DNA from: an uncultured Gammaproteobacteria bacterium
Lineage (GTDB): Bacteria; Pseudomonadota; Gammaproteobacteria; CAWCPV01
NCBI GenBank assembly: GCA_963797555.1
Contig: CAWCPV010000003.1
Span: forward strand, 224,001-288,000
Length of the DNA stretch: 64,000 bases
Direction: 5' to 3'
Below, piece after piece: positions 51,535-63,039 of this stretch; the first letter of the stretch is position 1; every line of letters begins with the position of its first letter. Under the pieces are notes generated by a model. It saw only the letters and a list, made by a program, of their open reading frames with translations, made no database searches and was not told where the DNA came from. The translations under genes and the position numbers were made by a program.

Positions 51535-52686
51535 GTGACCTTGAGCTGCGAGATCGTCACAGCGGCGGCTCTGGGGTTATGGACCGTTGTCCTGTTGTTA
51601 CCCTGGCGCCCGTGGCAGACCGGCGAACGGCTCGACAATGCTGCGTCCGGCGATTCGCAGGATCTCCAGGATCTAAGCGACGTCACTGCGCTGGTGCCCG
51701 CCCGTAACGAGGCGCAGAACATCGCTGCGGCGCTCAAGTCGCTGCATGCCCAGGGCTCAGGTCTGCACATCGTCCTGATCGACGATGAGTCCACGGATGA
51801 GACGCCTCAGCTTGCGCGGCGCGCGCTCCCCGATCGCCTGAAGGTCATCACCGGGGCACCGCTTCCTCCCGGTTGGACCGGCAAGCTCTGGGCCCTCGAG
51901 CAGGGTAGACGTGAGATCGGCCGTCCCCTGGTGTTGCTGATGGACGCGGATATCGCGCTCGCCCCGGGCACGCTGGTCGCGCTGCGGCGCAAACTGCGAG
52001 CCGACGGGTTGGGTCTCGTATCGCTGATGGCCGCCCCCGGGATCGAGTCGCTGTGGGAACGGCTGCTGATGCCGGCGTTCGTCTATTTCTTCAAGCTCCT
52101 CTACCCGTTCCGGCTGGCAAACTCCGGACACCGCTGGGTCGCCGCCGCAGCCGGCGGGTGCATCCTGGTGCAGGCGCGGCTTCTCGAGGAAATCGGCGGC
52201 TTCGAGGCTATCCGGGGAGCTATCATCGATGATTGCTCCTTGGCGCGGCGCGCGCGGGCGGCGGGATACCGCACCTGGATCGGACTCACGCATTCGGCCC
52301 GGATGCTGCGGCACTATGGGCTCGGCGACATCTGGGAGATGATTTCCCGGACTGCCTACACGCAGCTTCGTTACTCCCTGCCGCTGCTCGTCCTGTGCAG
52401 TGGCCTCCTGCTTCTGGCATTCGTCGTGCCCGTCGCCGGACTGGCGTTTCCCGGGCCTCGATCGGCACCGATGTCGGTTCTGACCTGCCTGATCATGGCA
52501 CGAACATATCTGCCGGTGCTCCGCTATTACGGCGTTCCCGCGCCGTGGGCCCTGGCCCTCCCCGCCGCCGGCACCCTCTATCTCGCAATGACTTGGACGT
52601 TGGCTCTGCGATACTGGCAAGGACAGCGTTCCCGATGGAAGGACCGGACTTACTCCGAGAGCCTAGCGGGAACGGCTCACCGATGA
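51535..52686 (+). CDS. hpnB: Hopanoid-associated GT2 glycosyltransferase
   Basis: VPARNEA, PPGWTGKLWAL, PAFVYFF.LLYPF, IIDDCSLA. Confidence 0.85.
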   Translation: MTLSCEIVTAAALGLWTVVLLLPWRPWQTGERLDNAASGDSQDLQDLSDVTALVPARNEAQNIAAALKSLHAQGSGLHIVLIDDESTDETPQLARRALPDRLKVITGAPLPPGWTGKLWALEQGRREIGRPLVLLMDADIALAPGTLVALRRKLRADGLGLVSLMAAPGIESLWERLLMPAFVYFFKLLYPFRLANSGHRWVAAAAGGCILVQARLLEEIGGFEAIRGAIIDDCSLARRARAAGYRTWIGLTHSARMLRHYGLGDIWEMISRTAYTQLRYSLPLLVLCSGLLLLAFVVPVAGLAFPGPRSAPMSVLTCLIMARTYLPVLRYYGVPAPWALALPAAGTLYLAMTWTLALRYWQGQRSRWKDRTYSESLAGTAHR

Positions 52687-52801
52687 GTGGGTTCGACGGT
52701 ACCAGTCCCGGGCCCGGGCAGCGTAGATGGGCGCCGAAAGCGCTCCGAGTCTTCGCGCAACCCGGCTCCGAGCACCTATTCAACTCCGAGGAAACCTTTC
52801 G

Positions 52802-53431
52802 ATGAGCACAGACTTCACCGCGTCCCTTCGGTGGCGCATCGCATCGTTGGCGCTGCTGGCGGTATGGGTGTCGTTTGCACCCGCCGACGAGCCGGACGCG
52901 AAACAGGTGATCACGCAGTTTCAGGACACGCTTATCGGTGTGATGAAAGACGCCAAGTCCCTGGGGTACAAGGGCCGGTACGACAAGCTAGCGCCCGAGG
53001 TGCAGGCCAGCCACGACCTCCCTCTCATCGCTCGGATCTCCGCAGGGCAGTATTGGGACGGGCTCAACGAGCAGCAACGTGCGCTGCTCATCAAGACTTT
53101 CACCGAACTCAGCGTCGCGACCTATGCGTCGCGCTTCGACGAGTATAGCGGCGAACACTTCCAGATGGTCGGCGAACAACCCCTGCGACGCGGCGACATA
53201 CTGGTTCAGTCCGTGCTGATCAAGGCAAACGGAGACAAGGTGCACTTCGACTACCAGCTCCGCAAGACCGAGAACGCGTGGCGCATCATCAACATCGTGG
53301 TGGATGGAGTGAGCGACCTCGCCCTCAAGCGGGCAGAGTACACCAGCATCCTACAGGAGAAGGGCTTCGACGCTCTGCTTGCCAAGCTGAACGACAAGAT
53401 CGCACGGTACGAGAAGGGGAAAACCACATGA
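52802..53431 (+). CDS. hpnM: HpnM / MlaC-like periplasmic lipid shuttle
   Basis: Signal peptide; YASRFD.YSGE; WRIINIVVDGVSDLALKRAEY. Confidence 0.82.
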   Translation: MSTDFTASLRWRIASLALLAVWVSFAPADEPDAKQVITQFQDTLIGVMKDAKSLGYKGRYDKLAPEVQASHDLPLIARISAGQYWDGLNEQQRALLIKTFTELSVATYASRFDEYSGEHFQMVGEQPLRRGDILVQSVLIKANGDKVHFDYQLRKTENAWRIINIVVDGVSDLALKRAEYTSILQEKGFDALLAKLNDKIARYEKGKTT

Positions 53432-54279
53432 GCGCCGGCCCATTCGCCCAACCGCGCGGTCCCTGGACGGGCTCGTCGACCAGCACAGAGGGCACATTGA
53501 TCCTGATGCGCCACAGGCGCTCCCTTGCTGAGGCCGCCCTGTGCCTCACCTTGCTTCTGGGGTCCGGATGCGCCACGACCCCCCCCGGCGAGGGCACCTA
53601 CGACCCCATCGAGCCGATGAACCGGCGCATCTATAAGTTCAACGACACCATAGACAAGGCTGTGCTGAAACCCGTGGCCGACTTCTACGTGCGTGTCACC
53701 CCGCAGCCGGTTCGAACCTCGGTCTCGAACTTCTTCAATAACGTGGCCTACCCGAACGTCATTCTCAACGACTTTCTGCAGGGGAAACTGCCGCAGTTTC
53801 TGGATGACGTAGGACGCTTCACCGTAAACAGCACGCTGGGCATCGGCGGACTCTTCGACGTGGCCACCCAGATGGGAATGAAGCCGCACGAGGAGGACTT
53901 GGGCATTACGCTCGGAACCTGGGGTTCGCCGCAGGGAGCATACCTGGTCCTGCCGCTGCTCGGCCCGAACACGGTGCGGGATGCCCCTAACCTCGTGTTG
54001 GCGGCCGTTACGAATGGCCTCTTCTATATCGGTACTGCAGCGGTCACTATACCGCTCAGCGTGCTCGGCGTGATCGACACCCGCGCCAAGGCGAGCAATG
54101 CCATCCGCTTCGTGAACGAAGCCGCCCTCGACCCCTATGTGTTTACGCGGGAGGCGTATGTGCAGAGGCGCATATTCCTCATCTACGGCGGGCACCCTCC
54201 GGCTCAATTCTTCGAGGAAGATACCGGTGAGGACACCACACCGCCCAAGGAGCCCAAGTCGCAGCTCCCTGCTAAGTAA
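53428..54279 (+). CDS. VacJ/MlaA family lipoprotein
   Basis: Lipobox LGSGC; DPIEPMNR, NSTLGIGGLFD, EDLGITLG.WG, YLVLPLLGP. Confidence 0.92.
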   Translation: MSAGPFAQPRGPWTGSSTSTEGTLILMRHRRSLAEAALCLTLLLGSGCATTPPGEGTYDPIEPMNRRIYKFNDTIDKAVLKPVADFYVRVTPQPVRTSVSNFFNNVAYPNVILNDFLQGKLPQFLDDVGRFTVNSTLGIGGLFDVATQMGMKPHEEDLGITLGTWGSPQGAYLVLPLLGPNTVRDAPNLVLAAVTNGLFYIGTAAVTIPLSVLGVIDTRAKASNAIRFVNEAALDPYVFTREAYVQRRIFLIYGGHPPAQFFEEDTGEDTTPPKEPKSQLPAK

Positions 54280-54305
54280 GGTGCCGCCGGGGCTGGGGCG
54301 ATGCG

Positions 54306-55871
54306 ATGACCCAGTCTGCACTGATTCGCGCGCTCCAGCGGCCTGAGATGTTTCCCCATGCGGTGGAGTCGTTCAAGGTTCGGGAGACCCATATCTCATG
54401 GGTACTCCTGACCGGACCGTTCGCATACAAGATCAAGAAGCCGGTAGACCTGGGCTTCCTCGACTTCTCCACGCGGGCCAAGCGACGCTATTGCTGCGAG
54501 GAGGAGTTGCGACTCAACCAGCGCCTCTCTCCCCAGCTTTACGTGGAAGTAGTGCCCATCTGCGGCACCGTGGACCGTCCACGACTGGGCGGCCCAGGGG
54601 ACGCCATCGAATACGCCGTGAAAATGGTGGAGTTCTCCCAGGAGAACCAGCTCGACCGCGTGCTAGAGCGCGGCGCTCTGCGCTCCTTCCACATCGATGC
54701 CTTGGCGGATACCGTGGCGGAGTTCCACGCGCGCATCCCTTCGGCCACCGAAGATCAGATCTTCGGAGCTCCGGAGCGACTGTATGAGCCGGTGGAAGAG
54801 AACTTCCTCCAGATTCGGCCGACGCCGGACGAAACCGAGCTGGCTCAGCGACTGCAGGCGCTGGAGACCTGGAGCCTGCAACGCTTCCAGACGCTTCATG
54901 AGACCTTCATTGTGCGCCAGCGCGGGGGCTTCGTGCGCGAGTGTCACGGCGACATGCACCTCGGAAACATGGCACTGCTGGGCCAGGAGCTGGTGATCTT
55001 CGACTGCATCGAGTTCAGCGAAAACCTCCGCTGGATCAACGTCATGAGCGAGATCGCATTCCTGACCATGGATCTGGAGGACCGTGGATGCTCACCCTTC
55101 GCGTGGCGCTTCCTGAATCGCTATCTCGAAGCCACGGGCGACTACCAGGGCCTGCAGTTGCTGCGCTTCTACCAAGTCTATCGTGCCATGGTCCGCGCCA
55201 AGGTCGCCCACATCCGCATGCAGCAGGAGCCGCCCCCTAGTGCTGCTCGCGCGGCGTTGCGGCAGGACCGAGAGGGCTACGTGACCCTGGCGCATACCTA
55301 TACCCGGCCCGACCACCCTGTCCTGATTATCACTTATGGCCTGTCCGGGTCGGGCAAGACTACCGCTACGCAAAGGCTACTGGAGGCGTGGGGAGCCGTC
55401 CGGGTCCGTTCCGATGTCGAACGCAAGCGCCTGTTCGGCCTGTCCCCCCTGCAGCCTAGTCGCTCGGGGGTGGGCACTGGACTCTATACACGGGAGGCCA
55501 GCCAACGCACTTACGAACGTCTCGCGCAGCTTGCCCGCTGCGTCCTGGAAGCCGGCTTCTCTGCCATCGTGGACGCGACCTTCCTGGGGCACGCTCAGCG
55601 ACAGGCGTTCCGAGACCTCGCTCTATCTCTCGCCATCCCGTTCACGATACTTTCGTTCGAAGCGCCGGACGCCCTTCTGCAAGCGCGGGTAGCCGAACGT
55701 GCGCGCGGTGCCGCCGACGCCTCGGAGGCCGACTTGGCAGTGCTCGCCCAACAAGCGTGCTCACGGGAGCCGCTGACGGATAGCGAGCTCGCCCGTGCCC
55801 TACCGGTGCCTTCAGAGGCGGACTTGGACGTCGCAGCCGTTATCGCGCAATTGCAGCAGCCAAAAGACTGA
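54306..55871 (+). CDS. Bifunctional APH-like phosphotransferase / AAA_33 kinase
   Basis: ETHISWV, ECHGDMHLGN, GLSGSGKT, RSDVERK. Confidence 0.9.
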   Translation: MTQSALIRALQRPEMFPHAVESFKVRETHISWVLLTGPFAYKIKKPVDLGFLDFSTRAKRRYCCEEELRLNQRLSPQLYVEVVPICGTVDRPRLGGPGDAIEYAVKMVEFSQENQLDRVLERGALRSFHIDALADTVAEFHARIPSATEDQIFGAPERLYEPVEENFLQIRPTPDETELAQRLQALETWSLQRFQTLHETFIVRQRGGFVRECHGDMHLGNMALLGQELVIFDCIEFSENLRWINVMSEIAFLTMDLEDRGCSPFAWRFLNRYLEATGDYQGLQLLRFYQVYRAMVRAKVAHIRMQQEPPPSAARAALRQDREGYVTLAHTYTRPDHPVLIITYGLSGSGKTTATQRLLEAWGAVRVRSDVERKRLFGLSPLQPSRSGVGTGLYTREASQRTYERLAQLARCVLEAGFSAIVDATFLGHAQRQAFRDLALSLAIPFTILSFEAPDALLQARVAERARGAADASEADLAVLAQQACSREPLTDSELARALPVPSEADLDVAAVIAQLQQPKD

Positions 55872-55990
55872 GCGCTTTCTTGGCAGGCTCCGAGGCCCCA
55901 CCCTGAACGCGTGGTCTGTCTTGCAGACGGAAGCAGGCCGTGCTATGTCTTTCGCCCGGGCACACTGCTGTCGAGCCGAGGATGGGTGTC

Positions 55991-56482
55991 ATGGCCGCGC
56001 CCGCCGGACCAGCAGCGAAACCTTCGCGACTTCCCTGCCTCATGCTGTGGTTGGTCGCCGGGGCGTTGCTCGCCGGTTGCGCCGGAACCCCGCCCCGTCC
56101 GTCCCGCCCGCCGGCAACGGCGGCCGTCGCGCTCGCAGCCCTCAGCATGCTGGGGACCCCGTACGTTTCCGGGGGCACAAGCCCAAGGGGCTTCGATTGC
56201 AGCGGCTTGGTCCAATACAGCTACGCCCAAGCGGGCATCCATGTCCCGCGCACCGCCAGGGGACAGTTCGAGAGCAGCGAGCCCGTACCTACGTCGGCCA
56301 TGCACGCGGGAGACGCCCTGTTCTTCCGCACCGGGTGGCTGCGTCGCTGGCACGTGGGGATCTATCTCGGCGACGGCCGGTTCGTCCATGCACCATCGAG
56401 ATCCGGTGCCGTTTCTATCGCGACCCTCGGGGACGCCTACTGGAATCGCCACTTCGTGCGCGCCGGCCGTTTCGCACCATGA
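55991..56482 (+). CDS. NlpC/P60 (C40) peptidase lipoprotein
   Basis: LAGC lipobox; GFDCSGLV; HVGIY; FVHAPS. Confidence 0.9.
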   Translation: MAAPAGPAAKPSRLPCLMLWLVAGALLAGCAGTPPRPSRPPATAAVALAALSMLGTPYVSGGTSPRGFDCSGLVQYSYAQAGIHVPRTARGQFESSEPVPTSAMHAGDALFFRTGWLRRWHVGIYLGDGRFVHAPSRSGAVSIATLGDAYWNRHFVRAGRFAP

Positions 56483-56687
56483 GCGCCGGGGGCGGGCACC
56501 GGTTACGCCGGCCACCGGAAGCGCATCGTCCCTCTGGCTGTAGGCGATTCTGCATAGGACCTTGTCGCCTCAGCAGGTTTGGCTATAATCCAAAACCGGC
56601 CGTGGCCGCCGGTTGCGAACCCCGAACCAGCGGACCGCCGGTCCTGCGGCAACGCACCGGCTGGCAATACAGAGAGGCGAGGCGACA

Positions 56688-57173
56688 GTGAGCGATCAGA
56701 TCAAGCGCGGCATGGTACGGTCTACGCCGCTCGCCGTGGAGCTAACCGACGAGCAGTGCGAGGTGTTGGCAGGCATTATCGACAGCCGCACGCTGCAGGA
56801 TGGCGACATGCTGATCCGCGAGGGGAAGGTGGACAACAGCCTGCATGTCGTGGTCAAGGGGATGCTCGCAGTCGTCAAGGACACCGGCGGCGGCGACATG
56901 GTGACACTGCACATCCTCAAGGCCGGCGATCTGGCGGGCGAGCTGGGCTTCATGGACGGTATGGAACACTCCGCTAGCCTGCGCTCCATCGGAGAGACCG
57001 AGGTATTCAGCTTGGAGCGCGAGAGTTTTGAATCCCTGCTCGCCGAACACCCTGCACTGGTGTATCGGGTCATGCGGGCAATCATCCGTCAGGTGCATGC
57101 CATCGTTCGCCGCATGAACACGCAGTACGTGGAGCTGACCAACTACATCACGAAGCAACACGGACGTTACTGA
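56688..57173 (+). CDS. Stand-alone cyclic-nucleotide-binding domain protein
   Basis: LIREG, GDLAGELGF.DG..HSASL; no HTH. Confidence 0.85.
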   Translation: MSDQIKRGMVRSTPLAVELTDEQCEVLAGIIDSRTLQDGDMLIREGKVDNSLHVVVKGMLAVVKDTGGGDMVTLHILKAGDLAGELGFMDGMEHSASLRSIGETEVFSLERESFESLLAEHPALVYRVMRAIIRQVHAIVRRMNTQYVELTNYITKQHGRY

Positions 57174-57320
57174 GCCCGCTCACCCGAGGTTCGTTCCCTG
57201 CGGTTGCTGTCCCGGGCGCATGAGGTCATGCTGCGGCTCCCGCCGGGGCCGCCTGTGGCCGTGCGATGCGGGTACCCTTGGCCGAGCGCGCCGGCGACCG
57301 ATTCCAGAGGAGGTCGATGA

Positions 57321-57542
57321 ATGGCAACGGCACGGTTCCTGGTGGCCAACGTCAAGTGCCAGGGTTGCGTAAGCACGATCCGAGAGGGGCTGCGCAGCCT
57401 CGCCGGGGTGCAGGAGGTGCAGGTCGATGTCCCCACCGGAGAGGTCGTCGTCCGAGGCGACGAACTGTCGCCTACCCTGCTGGCAGCGAAACTGGATGAG
57501 CTGGGCTACCCGGTCGCCGGGGACGCATGGAGCCGCCGATGA
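57321..57542 (+). CDS. Heavy-metal-associated domain protein (CopZ-like)
   Basis: GGAGG RBS; VKCQGC; LGYP; 73 aa. Confidence 0.85.
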   Translation: MATARFLVANVKCQGCVSTIREGLRSLAGVQEVQVDVPTGEVVVRGDELSPTLLAAKLDELGYPVAGDAWSRR

Positions 57543-58544
57543 GCCCCACCCTCGAGCATCACCTGCCTTCGGCCGACCCGACGCAGCTCAAGCGGCTCGG
57601 ACTGGCCGTCATCGAGACCGAATCCAGGGCGATCCAAGCGCTTGCAGCACGCATTGACGAAAACTTCGTCAAGGCCTGCGAGTACATCCTAGTCTGTCGG
57701 GGTCGCGTCGTCGTCATCGGTATGGGCAAGTCGGGTCACGTGGCCGGCAAGATAGCCGCGACGCTGGCCAGTACCGGGAGCCCTGCGTTCTTCGTCCATC
57801 CAGGGGAGGCGAGCCATGGCGATCTGGGCATGATCACCCCCCAGGACGTAGTCCTCGCACTGTCCAACTCGGGAGAAACGGAAGAGATTCTCACCATCCT
57901 TCCCCTGATCAAACGCCTCGGGGTACCCCTGGTCGCGCTCACCGGAAACATGCGCTCCACCTTGGCACAAGCGGCCACCGTGGCCATCGACGTGAGCGTG
58001 GAGCAAGAGGCCTGCCCACTCGGCCTCGCACCCACCTCGAGCACGACCGCGGCCATGGCCATGGGCGATGCGCTGGCCATATCCCTGCTCGAGGCGCGGG
58101 GCTTTACGGCGGAGGATTTCGCACGCTCCCACCCCCGCGGATCGCTCGGACGGCGGCTTCTGCTCCTCATCAGCGACATCATGCACGTGGGGGATGGTAT
58201 ACCCATGGTGGACGAGGGGGCGCGCTTGAGCGAGACGCTTGTGGAGATGACACGCAAGGGTTTGGGTATGACCGCCGTGGTGGACGCGCTGGGGCGCCTG
58301 ACCGGGATCTTTACCGACGGCGATCTGCGCCGCACGCTCGATCGGGGGCTCGAACGTCCACTCCACCGACATCGCCCACGTGATGACACGCCGGTGCAAG
58401 ACCTGTCCGCCCAATATGCTGGCCGCCGAGGCGCTGCAGATCATGGAGTCTTACAAGATCAACGCGCTGGTCGTGGTCGACCAGGACCGCCGACCGATCG
58501 GTGCGCTCAACATGCACGACCTGCTGAGGGCCGGGGTGGTCTAG
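57539..58544 (+). CDS. kdsD: Arabinose-5-phosphate isomerase (KpsF/GutQ); frameshift near 58350
   Basis: GMGKSGH, HPGEASHGDLG, EACPLGLAPTSST; CBS tail (GALNMHDLLRAGVV*) in another frame. Confidence 0.93.
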
Positions 58545-58593
58545 ATCGACAGTGCGTCGAGCGCGCAGAGCGCTCCGTGCCGGGGACACCTGC

Positions 58594-60018
58594 CTAGCCG
58601 CGGCGCCAGACGGTGGTTCCATCCGGCCGGTCCTCCAAGACGACCCCCTGGGACTTCAGCTCCGCCCGGATGCGATCGGCCTCGGCCCAGTTCTTTCGCT
58701 CGCGCGCCGCTTCCCGCTCCTTGATCAACATTTCGATCTGGGCGGGGCCATACTGAAGCACGCGCGGCGGATGCGTGAGCGCGACGTTACTGAGTGCTAG
58801 CACTAGCCGCTCCTTGAGCCACGCCTCCGGGTCACTCTGCAACAGCCCCAACACACCACCGAGCTGGCGCAGCAGAGCCGCCAATTGCGGCACTTCCCCC
58901 GGACTCTCCTCCTTTGCCCGGTTCAAGGAGCGGCTCACCTCAAATAGCACGGCGAGCGCTTCCGGCGTGTTGAAATCGTCTTCCATCGCAGCGTGAAAGC
59001 GCTCCGCGAATTCGCCAGTCGCGGCAGCTTCACCCGCCGGGACACCTCGCAGCGCGAGATAAAGGCGGGTCAACGCTTGCCGTGCCTCTGTAAGCTGCTC
59101 AGCGGAATAGTTCAGCGGGCTGCGGTAGTGGCTGGACAGCAGAAAATAGCGCACGGCCTCCGGAGGATGGCTTTCCAGGACCTCCCTGAGGTTGAAGACG
59201 TTCCCGAGGGACTTGGACATCTTCTCCTCGTTGATGCGCACGAACCCCACATGCATCCAGTAGTTGACGAATTTGTCGCCGCTAGCCGCTTCGGACTGTG
59301 CAATCTCGTTCTCATGGTGGGGGAACTGCAGGTCTGCTCCGCCCCCATGAATGTCGAAATGCGAGCCCAGGCACTCCGTCGACATGGCGGAGCACTCGAT
59401 GTGCCAGCCCGGCCGACCCGCCCCCCAGGGCGAATCCCAGCTCGGCTCGCCGGGCTTTGCAGCCTTCCACAGGACGAAGTCGAGCGGATCGCGCTTGGCC
59501 TCGTTCACCTCCACCCTGGCGCCGGCCCGCAGGTCCTCCAAGCGCTTGCCCGACAGCTCGCCATAGCCCTGGAAGCGGTTGACGTCGTAATAAACGTCGC
59601 CGTTCTCGGCCTGGTAGGCATAGCCCTTTTCCATCAGCTCACCGACCATGGCGAGGATAGCGTCCATGGACTGCGTCGCCCGCGGCTCGTAGTCCGGCGG
59701 TAGCAAGCCGAGACGCTCAACGTCCTGGTGCATGGCCCGAATGAACCGCTCCGCGAGGGCTTTGAAATCCTCCCCGTTCTCGCGCGCCCGCTTGAGGATC
59801 TTGTCGTCGATGTCCGTAATGTTACGCACGTAAGTCACATCGTGGCCCTTCGCCCGCAGATAGCGGACCACCACGTCGAACACCACCATCACTCGGCCGT
59901 GTCCGAGGTGGCAGTAGTCATAGACGGTCATGCCGCACACGTACATGCGCACCCGCCCCGCTTGAATAGGCCGGAACGGCTCCTTGCGCCTGGTCAGGCT
60001 GTTGTAGACGCTAAGCAT
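58594..60018 (-). CDS. cysS: Cysteine--tRNA ligase
   Basis: [30 protein letters not shown]. Confidence 0.97.
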   Translation of the reverse strand: MLSVYNSLTRRKEPFRPIQAGRVRMYVCGMTVYDYCHLGHGRVMVVFDVVVRYLRAKGHDVTYVRNITDIDDKILKRARENGEDFKALAERFIRAMHQDVERLGLLPPDYEPRATQSMDAILAMVGELMEKGYAYQAENGDVYYDVNRFQGYGELSGKRLEDLRAGARVEVNEAKRDPLDFVLWKAAKPGEPSWDSPWGAGRPGWHIECSAMSTECLGSHFDIHGGGADLQFPHHENEIAQSEAASGDKFVNYWMHVGFVRINEEKMSKSLGNVFNLREVLESHPPEAVRYFLLSSHYRSPLNYSAEQLTEARQALTRLYLALRGVPAGEAAATGEFAERFHAAMEDDFNTPEALAVLFEVSRSLNRAKEESPGEVPQLAALLRQLGGVLGLLQSDPEAWLKERLVLALSNVALTHPPRVLQYGPAQIEMLIKEREAARERKNWAEADRIRAELKSQGVVLEDRPDGTTVWRRG

Positions 60019-60074
60019 GCCTGTGGCCCCCCTGACGGCGGGGTGTTGTGGCCGATGCCGTGGCGCAGCCAAAT

Positions 60075-61490
60075 CTAGCCTCCGCGGGCGGCACGCTGCA
60101 GCCGCTGCAACGCCCGTTCTCGGCCCATGAGGGGCAGCAGACGCGCCAGCTCGGGCCCTTCGACCTCCCCGGTGAGCGCCGCCCGCAGCGGCTGAAATAG
60201 GGCGCGTCCGTGGGCGCCGGTGACCTCCTTCAAGCGCCGAACCAGTGCCTCGAGGTCGGCGTCCTCACGCCGCACCTGTTGCAAGGCCGCCTCGAAAAAG
60301 CTGGCGCCCGCGCTTCCAATGACCATGCGCGCCCGCTCATCCAGCGCCAAGGGATCGCTGAACAGGATGCGCGCCCACCTGATCGCGTCGCGCCGCGACA
60401 TGACGTTCTCGCGTATCGCCTCGGCGAAGGCGGGCACGGCGTCTTGTGGAACCAATGCCGCCACCTCGCCGCCCAGCCACGCCCGGAACGCCTCCGAACT
60501 CAGCCCGGTCAGCCCCCGAGCCTGCCACGCGTTCAACTGGGGTGCGTCGAAACGCGCCGGGGCGCGCCCCAGCCTATCGAGCGAGAAGCCGGCAGCCAGC
60601 GTGTCGAGATCCATCCATGCCGGCTCGTCGTATGAATGCCCCAGCCGGGCTAGGTAGTTGAGCACCGCCCCCGGCAGGTATCCCTCATCGCGCAACTGCC
60701 GCACGCTCACGCTCCCCTGCCTCTTGGCCAGCGGCAGCGCGTCGGCCCCCACAATCAGGGGCACGTGCCCGTAGCTCGGCGCGGAGAGGCCGAGCGCGCC
60801 CAGCACCAGGATCTGTCGTGGCGTGTTGCTGAGGTGGTCCTCGCCCCGCAGCACGTGGGTGATACCCATCAGCGCATCGTCCACGGCATTGCTGAATAAG
60901 AAGCCCGCCGACCCGTCGGCGCGACGGACCACGAAGTCTCCGATGTCCGCTCTGCCGAATCGTTGGCGACCGCGCACCAGATCGTCGAAGTCCACCCATC
61001 CCGAGGACCCCACGCGAAAGCGCCAGGCCGGACGCTCCCCCAGCGCCAGCCTGCGAGATACCTCCTCCCGCGACAGCAGGGCGCAGGTGCCCGGATACCT
61101 GGGGGGTAGACCGGCCGCGTGCTGGGCAGAGCGCGCCCGCGCCAGCTCCTCCTGGCTGCAGAAGCAGGCATAAACGGCCTCTGTCCGCTCCAGCGCTCGG
61201 AAATAGCGCTCATACACTTCCCCGCGTTCCGACTGCAGGTAGGGCCCGTAAGCACCGGCCGTGTCGGGCCCTTCGTCCCAGGGGAGACCGAGCCACCGGA
61301 GGTCCTCCTCCAACGCTTGGATGTATTCGCCGCGGCTGCGGGCGGCGTCGGTGTCCTCGATGCGTAGCAAGAAGACGCCATGACAATGGCGGGCCCACAG
61401 AGCGTTGAACAGCGCCGTGCGCGCGTTGCCGAGGTGTAACAGCCCGCTGGGGCTGGGGGCGAACCGCGTGCGGACACTCGTGAGCTGCAT
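60075..61490 (-). CDS. gltX: Glutamate--tRNA ligase (possibly a second, GluRS2-type copy)
   Basis: [34 protein letters not shown]; full length including the anticodon domain. Confidence 0.9.
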   Translation of the reverse strand: MQLTSVRTRFAPSPSGLLHLGNARTALFNALWARHCHGVFLLRIEDTDAARSRGEYIQALEEDLRWLGLPWDEGPDTAGAYGPYLQSERGEVYERYFRALERTEAVYACFCSQEELARARSAQHAAGLPPRYPGTCALLSREEVSRRLALGERPAWRFRVGSSGWVDFDDLVRGRQRFGRADIGDFVVRRADGSAGFLFSNAVDDALMGITHVLRGEDHLSNTPRQILVLGALGLSAPSYGHVPLIVGADALPLAKRQGSVSVRQLRDEGYLPGAVLNYLARLGHSYDEPAWMDLDTLAAGFSLDRLGRAPARFDAPQLNAWQARGLTGLSSEAFRAWLGGEVAALVPQDAVPAFAEAIRENVMSRRDAIRWARILFSDPLALDERARMVIGSAGASFFEAALQQVRREDADLEALVRRLKEVTGAHGRALFQPLRAALTGEVEGPELARLLPLMGRERALQRLQRAARGG

Positions 61491-61596
61491 CGGCGTATGG
61501 TAGCGGAAAGGCCTGCGGCCGACCAAACACGAGGGTTTCGCCGCGGCGCCGAAGCCTTTAACATGTCCATTGCGCCATTATCCGCGAGCCTCCCCT

Positions 61597-62175
61597 ATGA
61601 ACAAGATGCTGCTACCGGTCCTTCTCTGCGCCTTCGCCGCCCCTTCCGCGGGAGACCAACCCGCCGAGCATCCGCGCGTGCGCCTCAAGACCAGCATGGG
61701 AAACATCGTGGTTGAGCTAGACCGAACCGAGGCGCCCGCAACCGTGGCGAATTTCCTGCGTTACGTCAATGAGGGGTTTTACGACGGCACCCTGTTCCAT
61801 CGGGTGATCGGGGGATTCATGATCCAGGGTGGCGGGCTGACGCCCGATCTGCACCGCAAGGCCACGCACCCTCCTATCAAGAACGAGGCGGACAATGGGC
61901 TCAAGAACGGGATCGGCACCATCGCCATGGCCCGGACAGGGGATCCCGATTCCGCAACCTCCCAGTTCTTCATCAATGTCGCAGACAACGCTCGCCTTGA
62001 CTACCGGTCCCCGGATCCCCAGGGCTGGGGCTACTGCGTGTTCGGTAAGGTGGTCGAGGGCATGGACGTGGTCACGGCCATCAGCAAAGTGCCCACCACC
62101 GGCCGCGCCGGCTACCGCGATGTCCCCGAGAGCGATGTGGTCATCGAGCACGCCGAGGTGATCGCGCCCGAGTGA
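61597..62175 (+). CDS. ppiB: Cyclophilin-type PPIase with signal peptide
   Basis: [31 protein letters not shown]; upstream of lpxH. The signal peptide is more PpiA-like. Confidence 0.8.
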   Translation: MNKMLLPVLLCAFAAPSAGDQPAEHPRVRLKTSMGNIVVELDRTEAPATVANFLRYVNEGFYDGTLFHRVIGGFMIQGGGLTPDLHRKATHPPIKNEADNGLKNGIGTIAMARTGDPDSATSQFFINVADNARLDYRSPDPQGWGYCVFGKVVEGMDVVTAISKVPTTGRAGYRDVPESDVVIEHAEVIAPE

Positions 62176-62936
62176 AGACCTATTTCATCTCCGACCTGCA
62201 CCTAGGCGACCAGCAGCCTCGGCTGACGGGGCTCTTCGCGGACTTCCTGCAACGCGGCCTGCAGCGAGCCGAGTCCCTGTACATTCTCGGCGATCTGTTC
62301 GAAGTGTGGGCCGGAGACGACGACCTCACCTCGCTGCACCAGTCGATCATCGACAGGCTACGAGCCCTGACTGAGCGTGGGGTTCCGGTCTACCTCCTGC
62401 ACGGGAACCGGGATTTCTTGCTAGGCAGCGCTTTCGAGAAGCTTGCCGGTGCGCGTATCCTGTCCGAACCGACCACCGTAGACCTTTACGGACAGACCAC
62501 GCTCCTCCTGCACGGGGACACCTTGTGCGTCGACGACACCGAGTACCAACAGTTCCGCACCCGGGTGCGTGACCACGAGTGGCAACGTCGTTTTCTCGCC
62601 CTGCCCTTGGAGCAGCGCAGACAGATCGCCCATCAGGCACGCGAGCAGAGCAGCCTGCGTACGGGAGGCGTAGCCGCCGAGATCATGGACGTCAACCCCG
62701 GTGAAGTGCGCTCCGTGATGCGGCAACACGGCGTATGGTCTCTGATCCACGGCCACACGCACCGACCGGGCATCCACTACTTTGCGCTGGACGGCCACGC
62801 GGCGCGACGTATCGTGCTCGGCGACTGGAGCGACCGGGGGAGCGTGCTGGTCTGCGACAGCACTCACTGGCAGCTCGTCGGTTGGCCTACCAGCGGTTCC
62901 TGGGTGACGGAGGACCACACGCCCATGCGGTCCTGA
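62172..62936 (+). CDS. lpxH: UDP-2,3-diacylglucosamine hydrolase
   Basis: [35 protein letters not shown]. Confidence 0.95.
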   Translation: MKTYFISDLHLGDQQPRLTGLFADFLQRGLQRAESLYILGDLFEVWAGDDDLTSLHQSIIDRLRALTERGVPVYLLHGNRDFLLGSAFEKLAGARILSEPTTVDLYGQTTLLLHGDTLCVDDTEYQQFRTRVRDHEWQRRFLALPLEQRRQIAHQAREQSSLRTGGVAAEIMDVNPGEVRSVMRQHGVWSLIHGHTHRPGIHYFALDGHAARRIVLGDWSDRGSVLVCDSTHWQLVGWPTSGSWVTEDHTPMRS

Positions 62937-63039
62937 GGGCCGCCCAGTCCTGTCGCTCCGGAGGTCGTCCTTGATTCTCACCGCCACGTCCCTACCCGCG
63001 TCCTAGCCCACATCGCCTGGCCAAGAAGTCGCGCCAACC

